From an uncultured cyanobacterium (GTDB lineage: Bacteria; Cyanobacteriota; Cyanobacteriia; Cyanobacteriales; CAWUOF01): 64,000 nt of DNA. Shown one piece after another: positions 1 through 10,525 of this stretch; the first letter of the stretch is position 1; each line of letters starts with the position of its first letter. Location: positions 2,560,001-2,624,000 of the forward strand of contig CAVUSO010000001.1 in the NCBI GenBank assembly GCA_963744145.1, in the 5' to 3' direction. A program made the position numbers and the translations under genes. The notes under the pieces are model-generated. The model ran no database searches. It had not been told where the DNA came from and was given only the letters and a program-made list of their open reading frames with translations.

Positions 1-614
1 TAGTAGGTTTTACCGCGTGGATCAACTCGCTTTTGAAATGTATCGATATAACGACGTATCCCTTGACGAGCGATCGCCACACCGACAATTTCTTCCTGTT
101 TGACTGGGGGAATATTAACATTTAGTAATGTTAAGTTTAGTAAAGGTTGCTGGGCAAGTTGAGCTAACAAAGATTGGGCAAACTTTACAGCCGGCTGAAA
201 TTCATGGGAGGAATAACTTGCAAGACTAAAAGCAATACTAGGAATTCCTTCAATCAATCCTTCCATTGCTGCTGAAACTGTACCAGAGTAGAGGACATCT
301 GTCCCTAAATTCGAGCCGTGATTAATTCCTGAGAGGACAAAATCGGGGGGATGATCAAGTAGAGCCCAGAGAGCTAGTTTAACACAGTCGGCTGGTGTCC
401 CGGAACAGGACCATGCTTTTACCGCTGGATGAAATACTGATTCTACTATTTCCGCACGAATTGGTTGATGGATGGTAAGACCATGACCAGTTGCAGAACG
501 TTCATGATCGGGACAAACTACCGTAACATCGTGTCCTACTTCTGCTAGTCCATTTGCTAGACTGCGAATACCTAAAGCAAAAATACCATCGTCATTACTA
601 ATCAGAATTTTCAT
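1..614 (-). CDS. surE: 5'/3'-nucleotidase SurE (partial; runs off the left edge)
   Basis: Manual translation from ATG at 614: [23 protein letters not shown]..., later GTPADCV and [17 protein letters not shown]; these are SurE motifs. Not in the ORF track. Confidence 0.93.
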   Translation of the reverse strand, partial: MKILISNDDGIFALGIRSLANGLAEVGHDVTVVCPDHERSATGHGLTIHQPIRAEIVESVFHPAVKAWSCSGTPADCVKLALWALLDHPPDFVLSGINHGSNLGTDVLYSGTVSAAMEGLIEGIPSIAFSLASYSSHEFQPAVKFAQSLLAQLAQQPLLNLTLLNVNIPPVKQEEIVGVAIARQGIRRYIDTFQKRVDPRGKTY

Positions 615-880
615 GATCCCGTGTAAAAAGAATCAGAATTAGCCTTTTGATTGTCGGCGATTTTTAGCACAATCAGCAAGAAGAAAATTTGCTTCCCTAT
701 ATGTCCCTCTTTTTTTAGGGATCTTTCCCCAATCTGCTGGGGCTTTACATACTTATGGTACGGTGGTGATTGGTGAAGTCCTGGTATCGATGCTGTGGAA
801 CCATAAATCTGGGAGAGCCAAATTACCAGCTAATTGAGCTAACTTTATCCGGATCACTGCTACAGGGAAAGTAGCAATAA

Positions 881-3262
881 GTGAGACTACAGTTGATATT
901 AAAACCTTTAGCGTTACCCGAATTTATTTTTATGCGGTTTCGGACTGTTGCTATTTTGACAAATCTTGCTTTTGTGGTGGAAAATTTGCTTTATGGAGCG
1001 ATCGCTTCCCCAATTTTAGCATCTGCTCCCATTGCCCAACAATTTGCTCAAGCTAATACTATAAGTCGTTCCTTTAATGATGTTCAGGGTCATTGGGCAG
1101 AAAGTTTTATCGAAGCTCTTCATACCAGAGGATTGATCCAGGGTTTTCCAGATGGTAATTTTCGACCAGATGCTCCCTTAACTAGAGCTGATTTTGCTGC
1201 GATGATTCAGTCTTCTTTTCAAAACTCACGATTCCCCTTAGGAATTGTCCGAGGAGATCCAGATCAATATATTACTCGCGCTCAAGCTTTGGTTTTGTTA
1301 GTAGAAGGATTAAATTTGTCAGTTCAATCTGTGTCAGCAAATACCTTAGATAACTATTTTCAAGATGCTGCCCAAATTCTCAAAAGCGATCGCGATCGCA
1401 TTGCTGCTGCGGTCGAAAACCGATTAATTGTCAATTATCCAGATGTGCGAGTTCTTAATCCTAATCGGATCGCAACTAGAGCAGAAATTACTGCATTTAT
1501 TTATCAAGCGTTAGTGAAAAATGGAGACTTGTCACCAGGAGGAGCAGGAAATAATCCTGCTTCTAATTCAACCAGCAGTCTATCCACCTCACAACTTCCG
1601 CCACAAGTAATCAATAATCAGCCAGCTCTTACTTCAGCGATCGCGGCTCAAAATGAAGAATATACTTTAGGTGCAGGCGATCGCATTCGCTTTGATATTG
1701 TCAATGTTCCTGAGTATAGTGGAGAATATCAAATCTTAGTCAACGGTACTCTTAATTTACCCTTAATTGGGGGAGTATCAGTCGCAGGAATGACCTTAAG
1801 ACAAGCTGGTTCAGTAATTGCTTCCTTATATTCTCGCACGATTAGAAACCCGCAATTAACCGTCAGCTTATTAACCCCACGTCCAGTCCAAATTGCGATC
1901 GCTGGAGAAGTAAATCGTCCTGGTTCTTATAATATTTCCCTGACTGGAACTAGCGATAAAGGTGGAGGACAATTACCCACACTCACTCAAGCAATTAAAA
2001 CCGCAGGGGGAATTACTCAAGCGGCAAATTTACGACAAGTTTTTGTGCGTCGTCCCCAAAAATTTCATCAGGAACAAGTAATTGCTGTGGATTTATGGGC
2101 ATTAATAAAAGATGGAGATTTGCGTCAAGATTTAACTTTAAGAGATGGAGATAGTATATTTATTCCCACCGCTAACGATCCTAACTTAGCCGAAGCATCA
2201 CAATTAGCTGCTGCTAGTTTTGCTGCTGATAAAACTCAACCTTTAAGTATTGCTGTAGTGGGAGAAGTTGCTCATCCTGGTTCTTATGTAGTGAAACCAA
2301 ATGAAACTGGAGAACGTCCAACTTTAACTCAAGCATTGCAAACCGCAGGAGGAGTAACCCAAGCTGGTGATATTCACTTAATTCAAGTACATCGTCCGAC
2401 TAAAAATGGTTCTGAGCAAATAATTAATGTAGACCTTTGGCAACTGTTCAAAGCTGGAGATTTGCGCCAAAATCTAATTTTAGAACAGGGAGATACAATT
2501 TTTATTCCCACTGCTAATGAGGTTAATATTGCCCAAGCAAATCAATTAGCAGCTACTAATATCGCTGCGGATAAAACTCAATCTTTAAATGTAGCTGTGG
2601 TTGGGGAAGTAGCGCGTCCTGGTCCTTATACCGTCAAACCCGATGATAAAGGTGGATTACCGACTTTAACCAAAGCAATTCAAACCGCAGGAGGAATTAC
2701 CCAATTAGCAGATATTCGACAAATAGAAGTACATCGTCCGACCCGAACTGGAACAGAACAAGTTTTTAGTCTAAATTTATGGCAACTTTTGCAAGCAGGA
2801 GATTTGCGTCAAGATCTGGCTTTGCAAGAAGGAGATACCATTGTCATTCCCACTGCTACAGCTTTAAATCCTCAAGAAGTAGCTCAGTTAGCTACTGCTA
2901 GTTTTTCTCCTAATAGTATTAAAGTTAATGTGGTTGGTGAAGTTAATAAAGTAGGAACGGTAGAAGTACCACCTAATACACCCTTAAATCAAGCTTTACT
3001 AGCAGCTGGAGGATTTACTAATCGAGCTAAAAAGGGAGTAGTTGATCTAATTCGTCTGAATCCAGATGGTACTGTATCTAAACGGAACATCAATATTGAT
3101 TTTGCCCAAGGAATTAGCGATCGCAATAATCCTGTCCTTCGGAATAATGATGTCGTTGTGGTTAATCGTTCTAGTGCGGCTCAAATTACAGATTCTTTAG
3201 GTGCTATTCTTAACCCATTAGCTAGTATTTTTTCCATCTCTAGCTTTTTTAAGATTTTTTAA
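881..3262 (+). CDS. SLH-domain polysaccharide export protein (Wza/Poly_export + repeated SLBB domains)
   Basis: N-terminal SLH motifs (FNDVQGHWA..GLIQGFPDGNFRPDAPLTRA), YTLGAGDRI Poly_export motif, repeated GEVxxPG...AGG...LxxGD SLBB modules. True start may be ATG 932. Confidence 0.85.
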   Translation: MRLQLILKPLALPEFIFMRFRTVAILTNLAFVVENLLYGAIASPILASAPIAQQFAQANTISRSFNDVQGHWAESFIEALHTRGLIQGFPDGNFRPDAPLTRADFAAMIQSSFQNSRFPLGIVRGDPDQYITRAQALVLLVEGLNLSVQSVSANTLDNYFQDAAQILKSDRDRIAAAVENRLIVNYPDVRVLNPNRIATRAEITAFIYQALVKNGDLSPGGAGNNPASNSTSSLSTSQLPPQVINNQPALTSAIAAQNEEYTLGAGDRIRFDIVNVPEYSGEYQILVNGTLNLPLIGGVSVAGMTLRQAGSVIASLYSRTIRNPQLTVSLLTPRPVQIAIAGEVNRPGSYNISLTGTSDKGGGQLPTLTQAIKTAGGITQAANLRQVFVRRPQKFHQEQVIAVDLWALIKDGDLRQDLTLRDGDSIFIPTANDPNLAEASQLAAASFAADKTQPLSIAVVGEVAHPGSYVVKPNETGERPTLTQALQTAGGVTQAGDIHLIQVHRPTKNGSEQIINVDLWQLFKAGDLRQNLILEQGDTIFIPTANEVNIAQANQLAATNIAADKTQSLNVAVVGEVARPGPYTVKPDDKGGLPTLTKAIQTAGGITQLADIRQIEVHRPTRTGTEQVFSLNLWQLLQAGDLRQDLALQEGDTIVIPTATALNPQEVAQLATASFSPNSIKVNVVGEVNKVGTVEVPPNTPLNQALLAAGGFTNRAKKGVVDLIRLNPDGTVSKRNINIDFAQGISDRNNPVLRNNDVVVVNRSSAAQITDSLGAILNPLASIFSISSFFKIF

Positions 3263-3387
3263 TCATCTTAAAGGTTCAGACAGTAACCATATAATCAAAC
3301 CAGGTAGCAGCAAATTTCCTTGGTTTTGCTTGATGGGTGGTTTGAAAATGAAGTAGTCTAAAATTGGGCTAATTATTAATTAGCCAA

Positions 3388-4986
3388 CTACCACAAACCA
3401 CCACGCTTACCATCTGGTTTAACCGTCATCCAATTAGTTTTAGCTAGAGCCAATTGTTCGTCACCCACTTTAGCACCGGTCAAATTTGCCCCACAGAGAT
3501 TACAACCGCGAAGATTAGCATAACCGAGATTAGCATTGCTCAAATCTGCACCACGCAAATCTGCTTTTTCTAAATTCGCATAAGTTAAATAAGCACCAGT
3601 TAAATTAGCCTCCTTAAAGATTGCTTCTTTCAAACTTGATTTGGCAAAATCTACCCGTTGTAGTTCCGCACCTTGAAAATTACTTTTGTCTAACTTACTT
3701 TCTCGAAATATCGCTCCAACTAACCGAATTTTTTGGAGATTTATCCCCCGCAGTTCAGCCGAACTAAAATCTTTTCTTCCCTTAGTATAAGCGGTAAGAA
3801 TACTATCTGCATCCCATTTTTGGGGGATCAGCGCACCTGTTTCATTAGCAGCTTTACGTCGAAATGAATCAGAAGCAGATGTAGGAACAATTTGAGTCCG
3901 AGCCGAACCTCGTTGTAAACTAGTTGCATTGGAAATTCTTTCATTACGGGCTTTAATTGCGTCAGCTATCCGAGAATTAGGTGATGATGGTCGATACCCA
4001 CTATCAGAAACCTGGGATTGATCTGGTGCTTTGTTGGTAGGAGTTTGTGGTAGGGTCAACATCCCTTGAGCTAAAGTATCTCCATTATCCAGCGGTTCTA
4101 AACTTTCTAAAACTTCAGTAGCAGATTTATACCGATGACGAACTGAAGGATCAAGCATCTTCTCCAAAATCTTGGCAAAAGATGGATGAACTTGAACTTG
4201 TTCTCTCCACCTCATTTCTCCAGTTGATGGATCATAATCTAATTCATTGGGGGATTTAGCTGTTAGTAAATAAATACAAGTTATTCCCAGAGCATAGATA
4301 TCGCTAGCATAAACTGGACGCAGTGCCATCTGTTCTGGTGGAGCAAAACCTTGAGTACCGATCGCAAAATTAGTCAAAGCTGTCTGTCCTGTTCCTCCAG
4401 TAGCTCCGGTCTGACTAACTTGATCTTTTACTGCACCAAAATCAATCAATACCAATTTATTATCAAGAAGGCGACGTAAGATGTTAGCTGGTTTAATATC
4501 CCGGTGGATAACTTCTTTACTATGGATGTATTGCAAGACTGGTAACATCTCGCGCAGAAATTTTTTCACTTCAAATTCAGTGAAAGGACCAGAGCGTTTG
4601 ACCTCTTGTTTTAAATTTAACCCATCAACAAAGTCTTGAACTAGATAAAATTGTTTGTCTATTTCAAAATAATCTAGCAACTGGGGTACTTGGGGATGAT
4701 CACCCACTTTACCGAGGGTTTTTGCTTCACGCTGAAACAACTCTCGGGCCATTTGCAGCACATGAGGTGAAGTCACCGCAGGACGTAATTGCTTAATTAC
4801 ACATTTCGGTTGACCAGGGATCGTATCGATTTTGGCTAAAAATGTCGCTCCAAACCCACCTTGACCGATTGCTTTTACAACCCGATAGCGATCGCGCAGC
4901 AACAACTCTGATCCGCATGTCAGACAGCGAGATTCATGGTCTGGGTTCTCAGGAGTTGGACAAGCTGGATTTATACAGTAGCTCAT
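3388..4986 (-). CDS. Ser/Thr protein kinase with N-terminal 4-Cys motif and C-terminal pentapeptide repeats (SpkB-like)
   Basis: GQGGFG, HRDIKPAN, DFG and APPE kinase motifs; CINPAC...CLTC; A(D/N)LxG pentapeptide tail. Confidence 0.9.
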   Translation of the reverse strand: MSYCINPACPTPENPDHESRCLTCGSELLLRDRYRVVKAIGQGGFGATFLAKIDTIPGQPKCVIKQLRPAVTSPHVLQMARELFQREAKTLGKVGDHPQVPQLLDYFEIDKQFYLVQDFVDGLNLKQEVKRSGPFTEFEVKKFLREMLPVLQYIHSKEVIHRDIKPANILRRLLDNKLVLIDFGAVKDQVSQTGATGGTGQTALTNFAIGTQGFAPPEQMALRPVYASDIYALGITCIYLLTAKSPNELDYDPSTGEMRWREQVQVHPSFAKILEKMLDPSVRHRYKSATEVLESLEPLDNGDTLAQGMLTLPQTPTNKAPDQSQVSDSGYRPSSPNSRIADAIKARNERISNATSLQRGSARTQIVPTSASDSFRRKAANETGALIPQKWDADSILTAYTKGRKDFSSAELRGINLQKIRLVGAIFRESKLDKSNFQGAELQRVDFAKSSLKEAIFKEANLTGAYLTYANLEKADLRGADLSNANLGYANLRGCNLCGANLTGAKVGDEQLALAKTNWMTVKPDGKRGGLW

Positions 4987-5332
4987 TCCATATCACCGGG
5001 AAAATTTTACCCTATTCTAATTATCTATTTGGACATAAATAATGGCAAATTTGACGGCAAATCGCCTTCAGCTTGATAAAGTTCTGTTAATTTTACTTAA
5101 AGTGTTGGTAAAGACTCCTAAATTTTGACTGGCTTATGCCCAACTGGTTAATGATGTTTCAGAATTCCCAAAATTCGACTGAACTACATCTGTAATATGC
5201 CCTAAACTTTTCTAAGCATAACGAATATTTTAGGTTTTGGTTAATTATAACTGTCTGAGGGAGGATCTGAACTCGGCACTCTTACCCATCCAGGGTTAAA
5301 ATAATTTGGCTGATATCGAAGCAATCTAGACC

Positions 5333-7795
5333 ATGCGTATCTCTCTCAACTGGTTACGGGAACTGGTGGATCTCACTATTTCCCCAGAAGATTTAGCCCA
5401 AACCCTGACTATGGCTGGGTTTGAAGTGGAAGATATTGAAGATCGTCGGACTTGGGCTGATGGGGTGGTGGTGGGTCGGGTGATAAACTGTACCCCACAT
5501 CCCAATGCAGATAAACTTAGAGTCTGTCAAGTAGATATTGGGTCTGAATCGACTTTAAATATTGTCTGTGGTGCCCCCAATGCTAGAGTTGATATTTATG
5601 TGCCGATCGCGACGATTGGGACTTATTTACCTCACCGTGATTTAAAAATTAAACCGGCGAAATTGCGGGGGGTTCCTTCAGAGGGGATGATTTGCTCTTT
5701 AGCTGAATTAGGGTTAGCTAAGGAATCTGAGGGAATTCATATTTTTGATCAAGAAAGTTTGGCTCTTGGTAGTGATGTTCGACCACTATTGGGTTTAGAT
5801 GATGTAATTCTTGACTTGACAGCAACGGCAAATCGTGCTGATGCTTTAAGTATGGTGGGTGTGGCTCGCGAAGTAGCTGCGTTGACTGGTGCCGAATTAA
5901 GATTACCATCTGTAGAACCAGTATCTATTCAAACCAAACCAACGGGGTTATCGATTAAGATTACTGAATCCCAAGCTTGTCCTGTTTATATTGGTACGGC
6001 GATCGCCCAGTTACAGCTTACTACTTCTCCTGGTTGGTTGCAAAGACGACTGCAAGCCGCTGGAGTGCGTCCCATTAATAATGTTGTTGATATTACTAAC
6101 TACGTTTTACTAGAATGGGGTCAACCGCTCCATGCTTTTGATTGGGATCGACTCCAAGCGATCGCTGGTGGTGATCATTTAACTATGGGTGTTCGTTATG
6201 CTCAAGAAACAGAATCCCTGCAAACTCTTGATGGACAAACTCGCACTCTCCACCCCCAAACTTTATTAATTACAGCAAATGATCAACCAGTTGCACTTGC
6301 AGGAGTAATGGGGGGTGAAGCAACGGAAGTCAATGAGGATACTAAAAATATACTTTTAGAAGCGGCTTTATTTGAATCGATCGCAATTCGTCGTTCTGCT
6401 CGTTCTCAAGGACTAAGAACAGAAGCATCAGCTCGTTATGAGCGCGGAGTTAATCAAGCTGAGTTAGAATTAGCCTGTGGTCGTGCTTTGCAACTGCTTA
6501 GTGAATTAGCTCAAGGAGTACCGATCGCTCAAGTAATTAATGATACTCGTCCCGCACAATCTACCGATCGTCGCACAATTGAATTGCGTTTAGAGCGAGT
6601 CAGATTAGTTTTAGGTCAAGTTAAGCGTGAAGCAGGTTTAGGAGATTTGCAACCCGAGGAAATCGAAGAGATATTTCAATCGCTAAATTTTCAGGTAGAA
6701 AAGACTAACCAAGGATGGATGGTAACAGTACCATCTTATCGTGCCCGTGATCTAGAACGGGAAATCGATTTAATTGAAGAAATAGCTCGTCTCTATGGTT
6801 ATGATAATTTTGGCGAGACTTTACCAAGTAAAACCGCAGCAGGATATTTGTCGGGAGAACAGTTACTAACTCGTTTAATTCGTTCAGCTTTCCGAGCGTC
6901 TGGTTTAACGGAATTAATGCACTATTCCTTAGTTAAACCAGGAGAAAAAAATCAAGTTGAGTTAGCAAATCCTTTATTTGCTGAATATGCAGCTTTAAGA
7001 ACTAATTTGATCGCTGGACTAATTGATGCTTTTGGATTCAATTTAGAACAGGGTAATGGTCATCTGAATGGGTTTGAAATTGGACGCATTTTTAGGAAAC
7101 AAGCTGATAGTTTACAAGAATCTGATGCGATCGCTGGAATTATAGGAGGTGATCCGAGTCAAGGAAATTGGATTCGAGGTGGAAAAGAGCAACCTTTATC
7201 TTGGTATGAAGCAAAAGGAATACTCGAAAGTGGATTTGAACGTTTAGGATTAATAGTAGAATACCGTCAAGATGATGGAGAAAGTGTTCCTAATCAACCA
7301 TTACATCCCGGACGAACAGCTTCTTTATGGATTGCTAATACTCTGCTAGGAATTTTTGGTCAATTACATCCCCAATTGAGTCAAACTAAAGGTTTACCTG
7401 AGCAAGTTTATCTGTTTCAATTTGATTTAGCTGTGTTGCTCAATGCTCTTAATGTCGATCGCGCTATCCAGGGTTCTCCCTTACCACCAACTCGATTTCA
7501 AAGCTATTCAAGTTTTCCTCTAGCTGATCGAGATATTGCTTTCTTTGTACCGATCGATCTGTCTGTCAATGAGATTACTAAGGTAATGCTTAAAGCTGGT
7601 AAAGATTTACTAGAATCAGTAGAGTTATTTGATGAATATCGAGGAGAAAATGTACCTGATGGTCAAAGAAGTTTAGCATTTCGGTTAATTTATCGAGCTA
7701 GCGATCGAACTTTGACTGATGCTGATCTTGATCCAGTTCATCAAAAAATCCGTGATGCACTAGTGCAAAAATTCGCAGTTAATTTACGAAGTTAA
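5333..7795 (+). CDS. pheT: Phenylalanine--tRNA ligase beta subunit
   Basis: [32 protein letters not shown] and C-terminal FDX-ACB (RDIAF...SLAFRLIYR); 820 aa. Confidence 0.97.
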   Translation: MRISLNWLRELVDLTISPEDLAQTLTMAGFEVEDIEDRRTWADGVVVGRVINCTPHPNADKLRVCQVDIGSESTLNIVCGAPNARVDIYVPIATIGTYLPHRDLKIKPAKLRGVPSEGMICSLAELGLAKESEGIHIFDQESLALGSDVRPLLGLDDVILDLTATANRADALSMVGVAREVAALTGAELRLPSVEPVSIQTKPTGLSIKITESQACPVYIGTAIAQLQLTTSPGWLQRRLQAAGVRPINNVVDITNYVLLEWGQPLHAFDWDRLQAIAGGDHLTMGVRYAQETESLQTLDGQTRTLHPQTLLITANDQPVALAGVMGGEATEVNEDTKNILLEAALFESIAIRRSARSQGLRTEASARYERGVNQAELELACGRALQLLSELAQGVPIAQVINDTRPAQSTDRRTIELRLERVRLVLGQVKREAGLGDLQPEEIEEIFQSLNFQVEKTNQGWMVTVPSYRARDLEREIDLIEEIARLYGYDNFGETLPSKTAAGYLSGEQLLTRLIRSAFRASGLTELMHYSLVKPGEKNQVELANPLFAEYAALRTNLIAGLIDAFGFNLEQGNGHLNGFEIGRIFRKQADSLQESDAIAGIIGGDPSQGNWIRGGKEQPLSWYEAKGILESGFERLGLIVEYRQDDGESVPNQPLHPGRTASLWIANTLLGIFGQLHPQLSQTKGLPEQVYLFQFDLAVLLNALNVDRAIQGSPLPPTRFQSYSSFPLADRDIAFFVPIDLSVNEITKVMLKAGKDLLESVELFDEYRGENVPDGQRSLAFRLIYRASDRTLTDADLDPVHQKIRDALVQKFAVNLRS

Positions 7796-7920
7796 ATCGG
7801 GAATTTTATCGGTTAGTTTAGATCACATCTTGCTCACACTTAAATGAGCAGGATGTTAATATTAACTGATGTTTTTCAGTGACAAATTACTTGTAATATC
7901 GAGTTATTTAATTTCTATCC

Positions 7921-8175
7921 CTAAATGGATTCAAATTGAATATTTTCATATAAATCAGATACAGCAAACTCCAAAGAAAACGTTGATAAATTTATGCGAT
8001 CGCCAGGATTTTTATATTCTTGAAAAATCCATTGCTGCTCATTTGTCTTAGCATAATGCTCAACCCAAACCATATATTGATCAATCAATAAATACTCCTG
8101 AAAACTCGAAACCGTGCGATAAGCTGCAAACTTACCATCCTTGTCATAACTCCGCGTCCCTACGGAAAGTACCTG
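7921..8175 (-). pseudogene. Uma2 (DUF820) family endonuclease remnant: C-terminal half, frameshifted
   Basis: Manual translation QVLSVGTRSYDKDGKFAAYRTVSSFQEYLLIDQYMVWVEHYAKTNEQQWIFQEY, then a frame change to ..GDRINLSTFSLEFAVSDLYENIQF*. No start codon; the 5' part is replaced by the PIN TA pair. Confidence 0.75.
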
Positions 8176-8199
8176 TAAAAAGTTTCTTGATATATTATA

Positions 8200-8652
8200 T
8201 TAGGACAAGGGTGGAACAGAAAAGTTGGTAAATAATTCCAAATTATATGGTGCGATCGCGAGAGTATTCACTAATTTTCGATCTAATGTTAATAAAGGGG
8301 CGCTGACTCGATGAGAAAGGGCAACATAAGAAGCATCATAAGCGGAAATTCCGTAAGCGATCGCGATATTAGCGGCTTCTTCCATTAAGTCAGCCATAGA
8401 AACCACTTGCAGCGATAAAGCTTTGAGATTAGATAAATTTCCTTGAACTTGGCTAGCCGTCAACTGTCCAGCGCGAACATATTTCCAAAAGACATTCGCT
8501 GATTCAATATATAGTAAATCAGGGACATAGATTTGATTGCTTGAATTAGCAAGATAGGCGAATAGTTGTTGTGCTTTTGCAGATAAGGAATCTGAGATAA
8601 ATTGCTTGATACAAACGCTAGTATCAACAACGCATTTAATTGAGGTTGTCAT
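8200..8652 (-). CDS. vapC: VapC-family PIN-domain toxin
   Basis: VVDTSV...E..N...SAYDASYVAL...LLTLD PIN acidic motifs; overlaps the upstream small gene by 4 nt. Confidence 0.88.
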   Translation of the reverse strand: MTTSIKCVVDTSVCIKQFISDSLSAKAQQLFAYLANSSNQIYVPDLLYIESANVFWKYVRAGQLTASQVQGNLSNLKALSLQVVSMADLMEEAANIAIAYGISAYDASYVALSHRVSAPLLTLDRKLVNTLAIAPYNLELFTNFSVPPLS

Positions 8653-8951
8653 CGGCTATCTCTATCCTCTCGAATTAGAGCAGTGCTATCTAACCATTCA
8701 ATATCTGAAGGTAACTCTTTTCGACGACCTTCGATCTCTGCCAGAATTTGCGGGACAGCTTTGCGGCGTTCTTCCCAGGTGGGATCTGTTTCGGGAGAAA
8801 TCAGAAATTTAAGAGGAGGTTGGGGTTTTTGTACTACTTGTTTTAATAGGGTGATGATTTGTTCGTTGATGGTTTGATGGTTTTGGCTCGCCAGTTGTTG
8901 CAGTTGCGCCATTAAATCATCGGGTAGGTTTTCAATGGTGAGTATTGCCAT
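8649..8951 (-). CDS. FitA-like ribbon-helix-helix antitoxin
   Basis: MAILTIENLPDDL...LA..NHQTIN N-terminus, DSTALIREDR C-terminus; translationally coupled to the PIN gene. Confidence 0.8.
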   Translation of the reverse strand: MAILTIENLPDDLMAQLQQLASQNHQTINEQIITLLKQVVQKPQPPLKFLISPETDPTWEERRKAVPQILAEIEGRRKELPSDIEWLDSTALIREDRDSR

Positions 8952-9203
8952 AATTTATCTTTTTGGTTGAGTTAGCAATTATTTTAGCTTGAATCAGATT
9001 CAAGGAAATCTTTAATCTGCCCTCTTCTTGGGCGATCGATATAATCCTCTTCACCGCTCATAAATCATCTAACCACAAGAGCCAAACCAACTTTCCCTTA
9101 GCCCACATACCGTTATTTCGATCGCGACCCATCATTCTCCTCATTTAAACTTTGTCAAAGTTGCCAAAATATTTTTTTCGTGGCACAATTCTGGACGATC
9201 ATA

Positions 9204-9245
9204 AATAAGTACCATATCCCTATCGGATTACAGTATTTTAGGATC
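9204..9245 (+). promoter_or_regulatory. Conserved ~40-bp motif upstream of ssuA (putative sulfur-regulon operator, copy 1)
   Basis: AATAAGTACCATATCCCTATCGGATTACAGTATTTTAGGATC aligns with a similar sequence upstream of ssuD. Confidence 0.55.
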
Positions 9246-9317
9246 AAAGAGAATAAACCAGCTCTAATCCTGGTTTCTCGTTGCAAATTTTACCCAGTTT
9301 GAATCTAGGAGCAGATT

Positions 9318-10379
9318 GTGTTAATCCCCACAAAAGTCCCATGCCCAGAGTTCTTGATCCGCTTCTGGGACAGGCTCAACCAGCATTCAACTAAAACCTT
9401 TACTTTATTATTTGCACTTGGTCTCAGTTTAAGTTTGCTAGTTTCTGCTTGTAGTTCTAGCAATCAAACTAATTCAACTGCGATCGCACCAACAGACCAT
9501 GGGAGTCCACAAAAAAGTAGCATTGTGCGAATTGGATATCAGAAATACGGAACCATAAACATCGTCAAAGCGAAGAAGAGTCTAGATGAACGATTGAAAG
9601 CTGAGGGAGTTACCGTACAATGGCTGCTATTTCCTGCTGGTCCCCAAATGCTAGAGGCAATGAATGTAGGTAGTATTGACTTCGGACATACGGGAGAAGC
9701 TCCACCGATCTTTGCTCAAGCCGCTGGTACACCCTTAATTTATGCTGCCAATGAGCCACCTAACCCCAAAGGAGAAGCGATTCTAGTCCCTAAAGATTCT
9801 CCAATTAAGGATGTCTCCGAACTCAAAGGCAAAACAGTTGCCTTTAACAAGGGTTCCAATGTGCATTATCTAGTAGTTGAAGCATTAAAAGCAGCTGGAC
9901 TGAAATATAGCGATATTAAACACGCATCTTTACCACCAGCCGATGCCAGGGCTGCTTTTGAGCAAGGAAAGGTTGATGCTTGGGCAATTTGGGACCCCTT
10001 TTACACTGCCGCCAAACGAGCAACTGGAGCGCGGGTTTTGCAAGATGGAGAGGGTTTAGTTGCAAATCGGGAATTCTACTTAGCAACTAAGACTTTTGCA
10101 GACCAACAACCTCAGTATCTCAAGATCATTTTAGAAGAAATCCAGAAAATAGATGATTGGGCAGCGTCTCAATCTACTGAAGTAGCCAACCTACTATCGC
10201 CTGAGCTGGGCATTGATGTTCCTACTTTAGAGGAAATAACTAAACGACGTCCTTATGGAGTTCAAGCCATTACCAATGAAGCGATCGCCTATCAGCAAAA
10301 AATTGCCGATACATTCTATGACCTGAAAGTGCTTCCCAAGGAAATCAAGATTAGCGAGGTTGCCCAGGTAGCTAAATAG
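9318..10379 (+). CDS. ssuA: Aliphatic sulfonate ABC transporter substrate-binding protein
   Basis: Lipobox LVSAC; RIGYQKYG, FPAGPQMLEAMNVGSIDFG, DAWAIWDPF. Confidence 0.92.
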   Translation: MLIPTKVPCPEFLIRFWDRLNQHSTKTFTLLFALGLSLSLLVSACSSSNQTNSTAIAPTDHGSPQKSSIVRIGYQKYGTINIVKAKKSLDERLKAEGVTVQWLLFPAGPQMLEAMNVGSIDFGHTGEAPPIFAQAAGTPLIYAANEPPNPKGEAILVPKDSPIKDVSELKGKTVAFNKGSNVHYLVVEALKAAGLKYSDIKHASLPPADARAAFEQGKVDAWAIWDPFYTAAKRATGARVLQDGEGLVANREFYLATKTFADQQPQYLKIILEEIQKIDDWAASQSTEVANLLSPELGIDVPTLEEITKRRPYGVQAITNEAIAYQQKIADTFYDLKVLPKEIKISEVAQVAK

Positions 10380-10474
10380 CAAAAGATGGAAGGAAACGCT
10401 GATTTCCAACCATCTAATCAAGCAAATTGAACTTGCTTTTTAGCGCATTTTATGCAATATTCAACTTTATTCAC

Positions 10475-10518
10475 AATAACTACGGTAACCTTATCGACTC
10501 ACCGTAGTTTAAAGGATC
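10475..10518 (+). promoter_or_regulatory. Palindromic motif upstream of ssuD (copy 2)
   Basis: ACTACGGT-N14-ACCGTAGT perfect 8-bp inverted repeat (10479-10508), homologous to the motif before ssuA. Confidence 0.6.
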
Positions 10519-10525
10519 GATAACT

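Noticed and set aside
7869..8051. 60-aa plus-strand ORF
   Set aside because: Antisense shadow of the Uma2 remnant.
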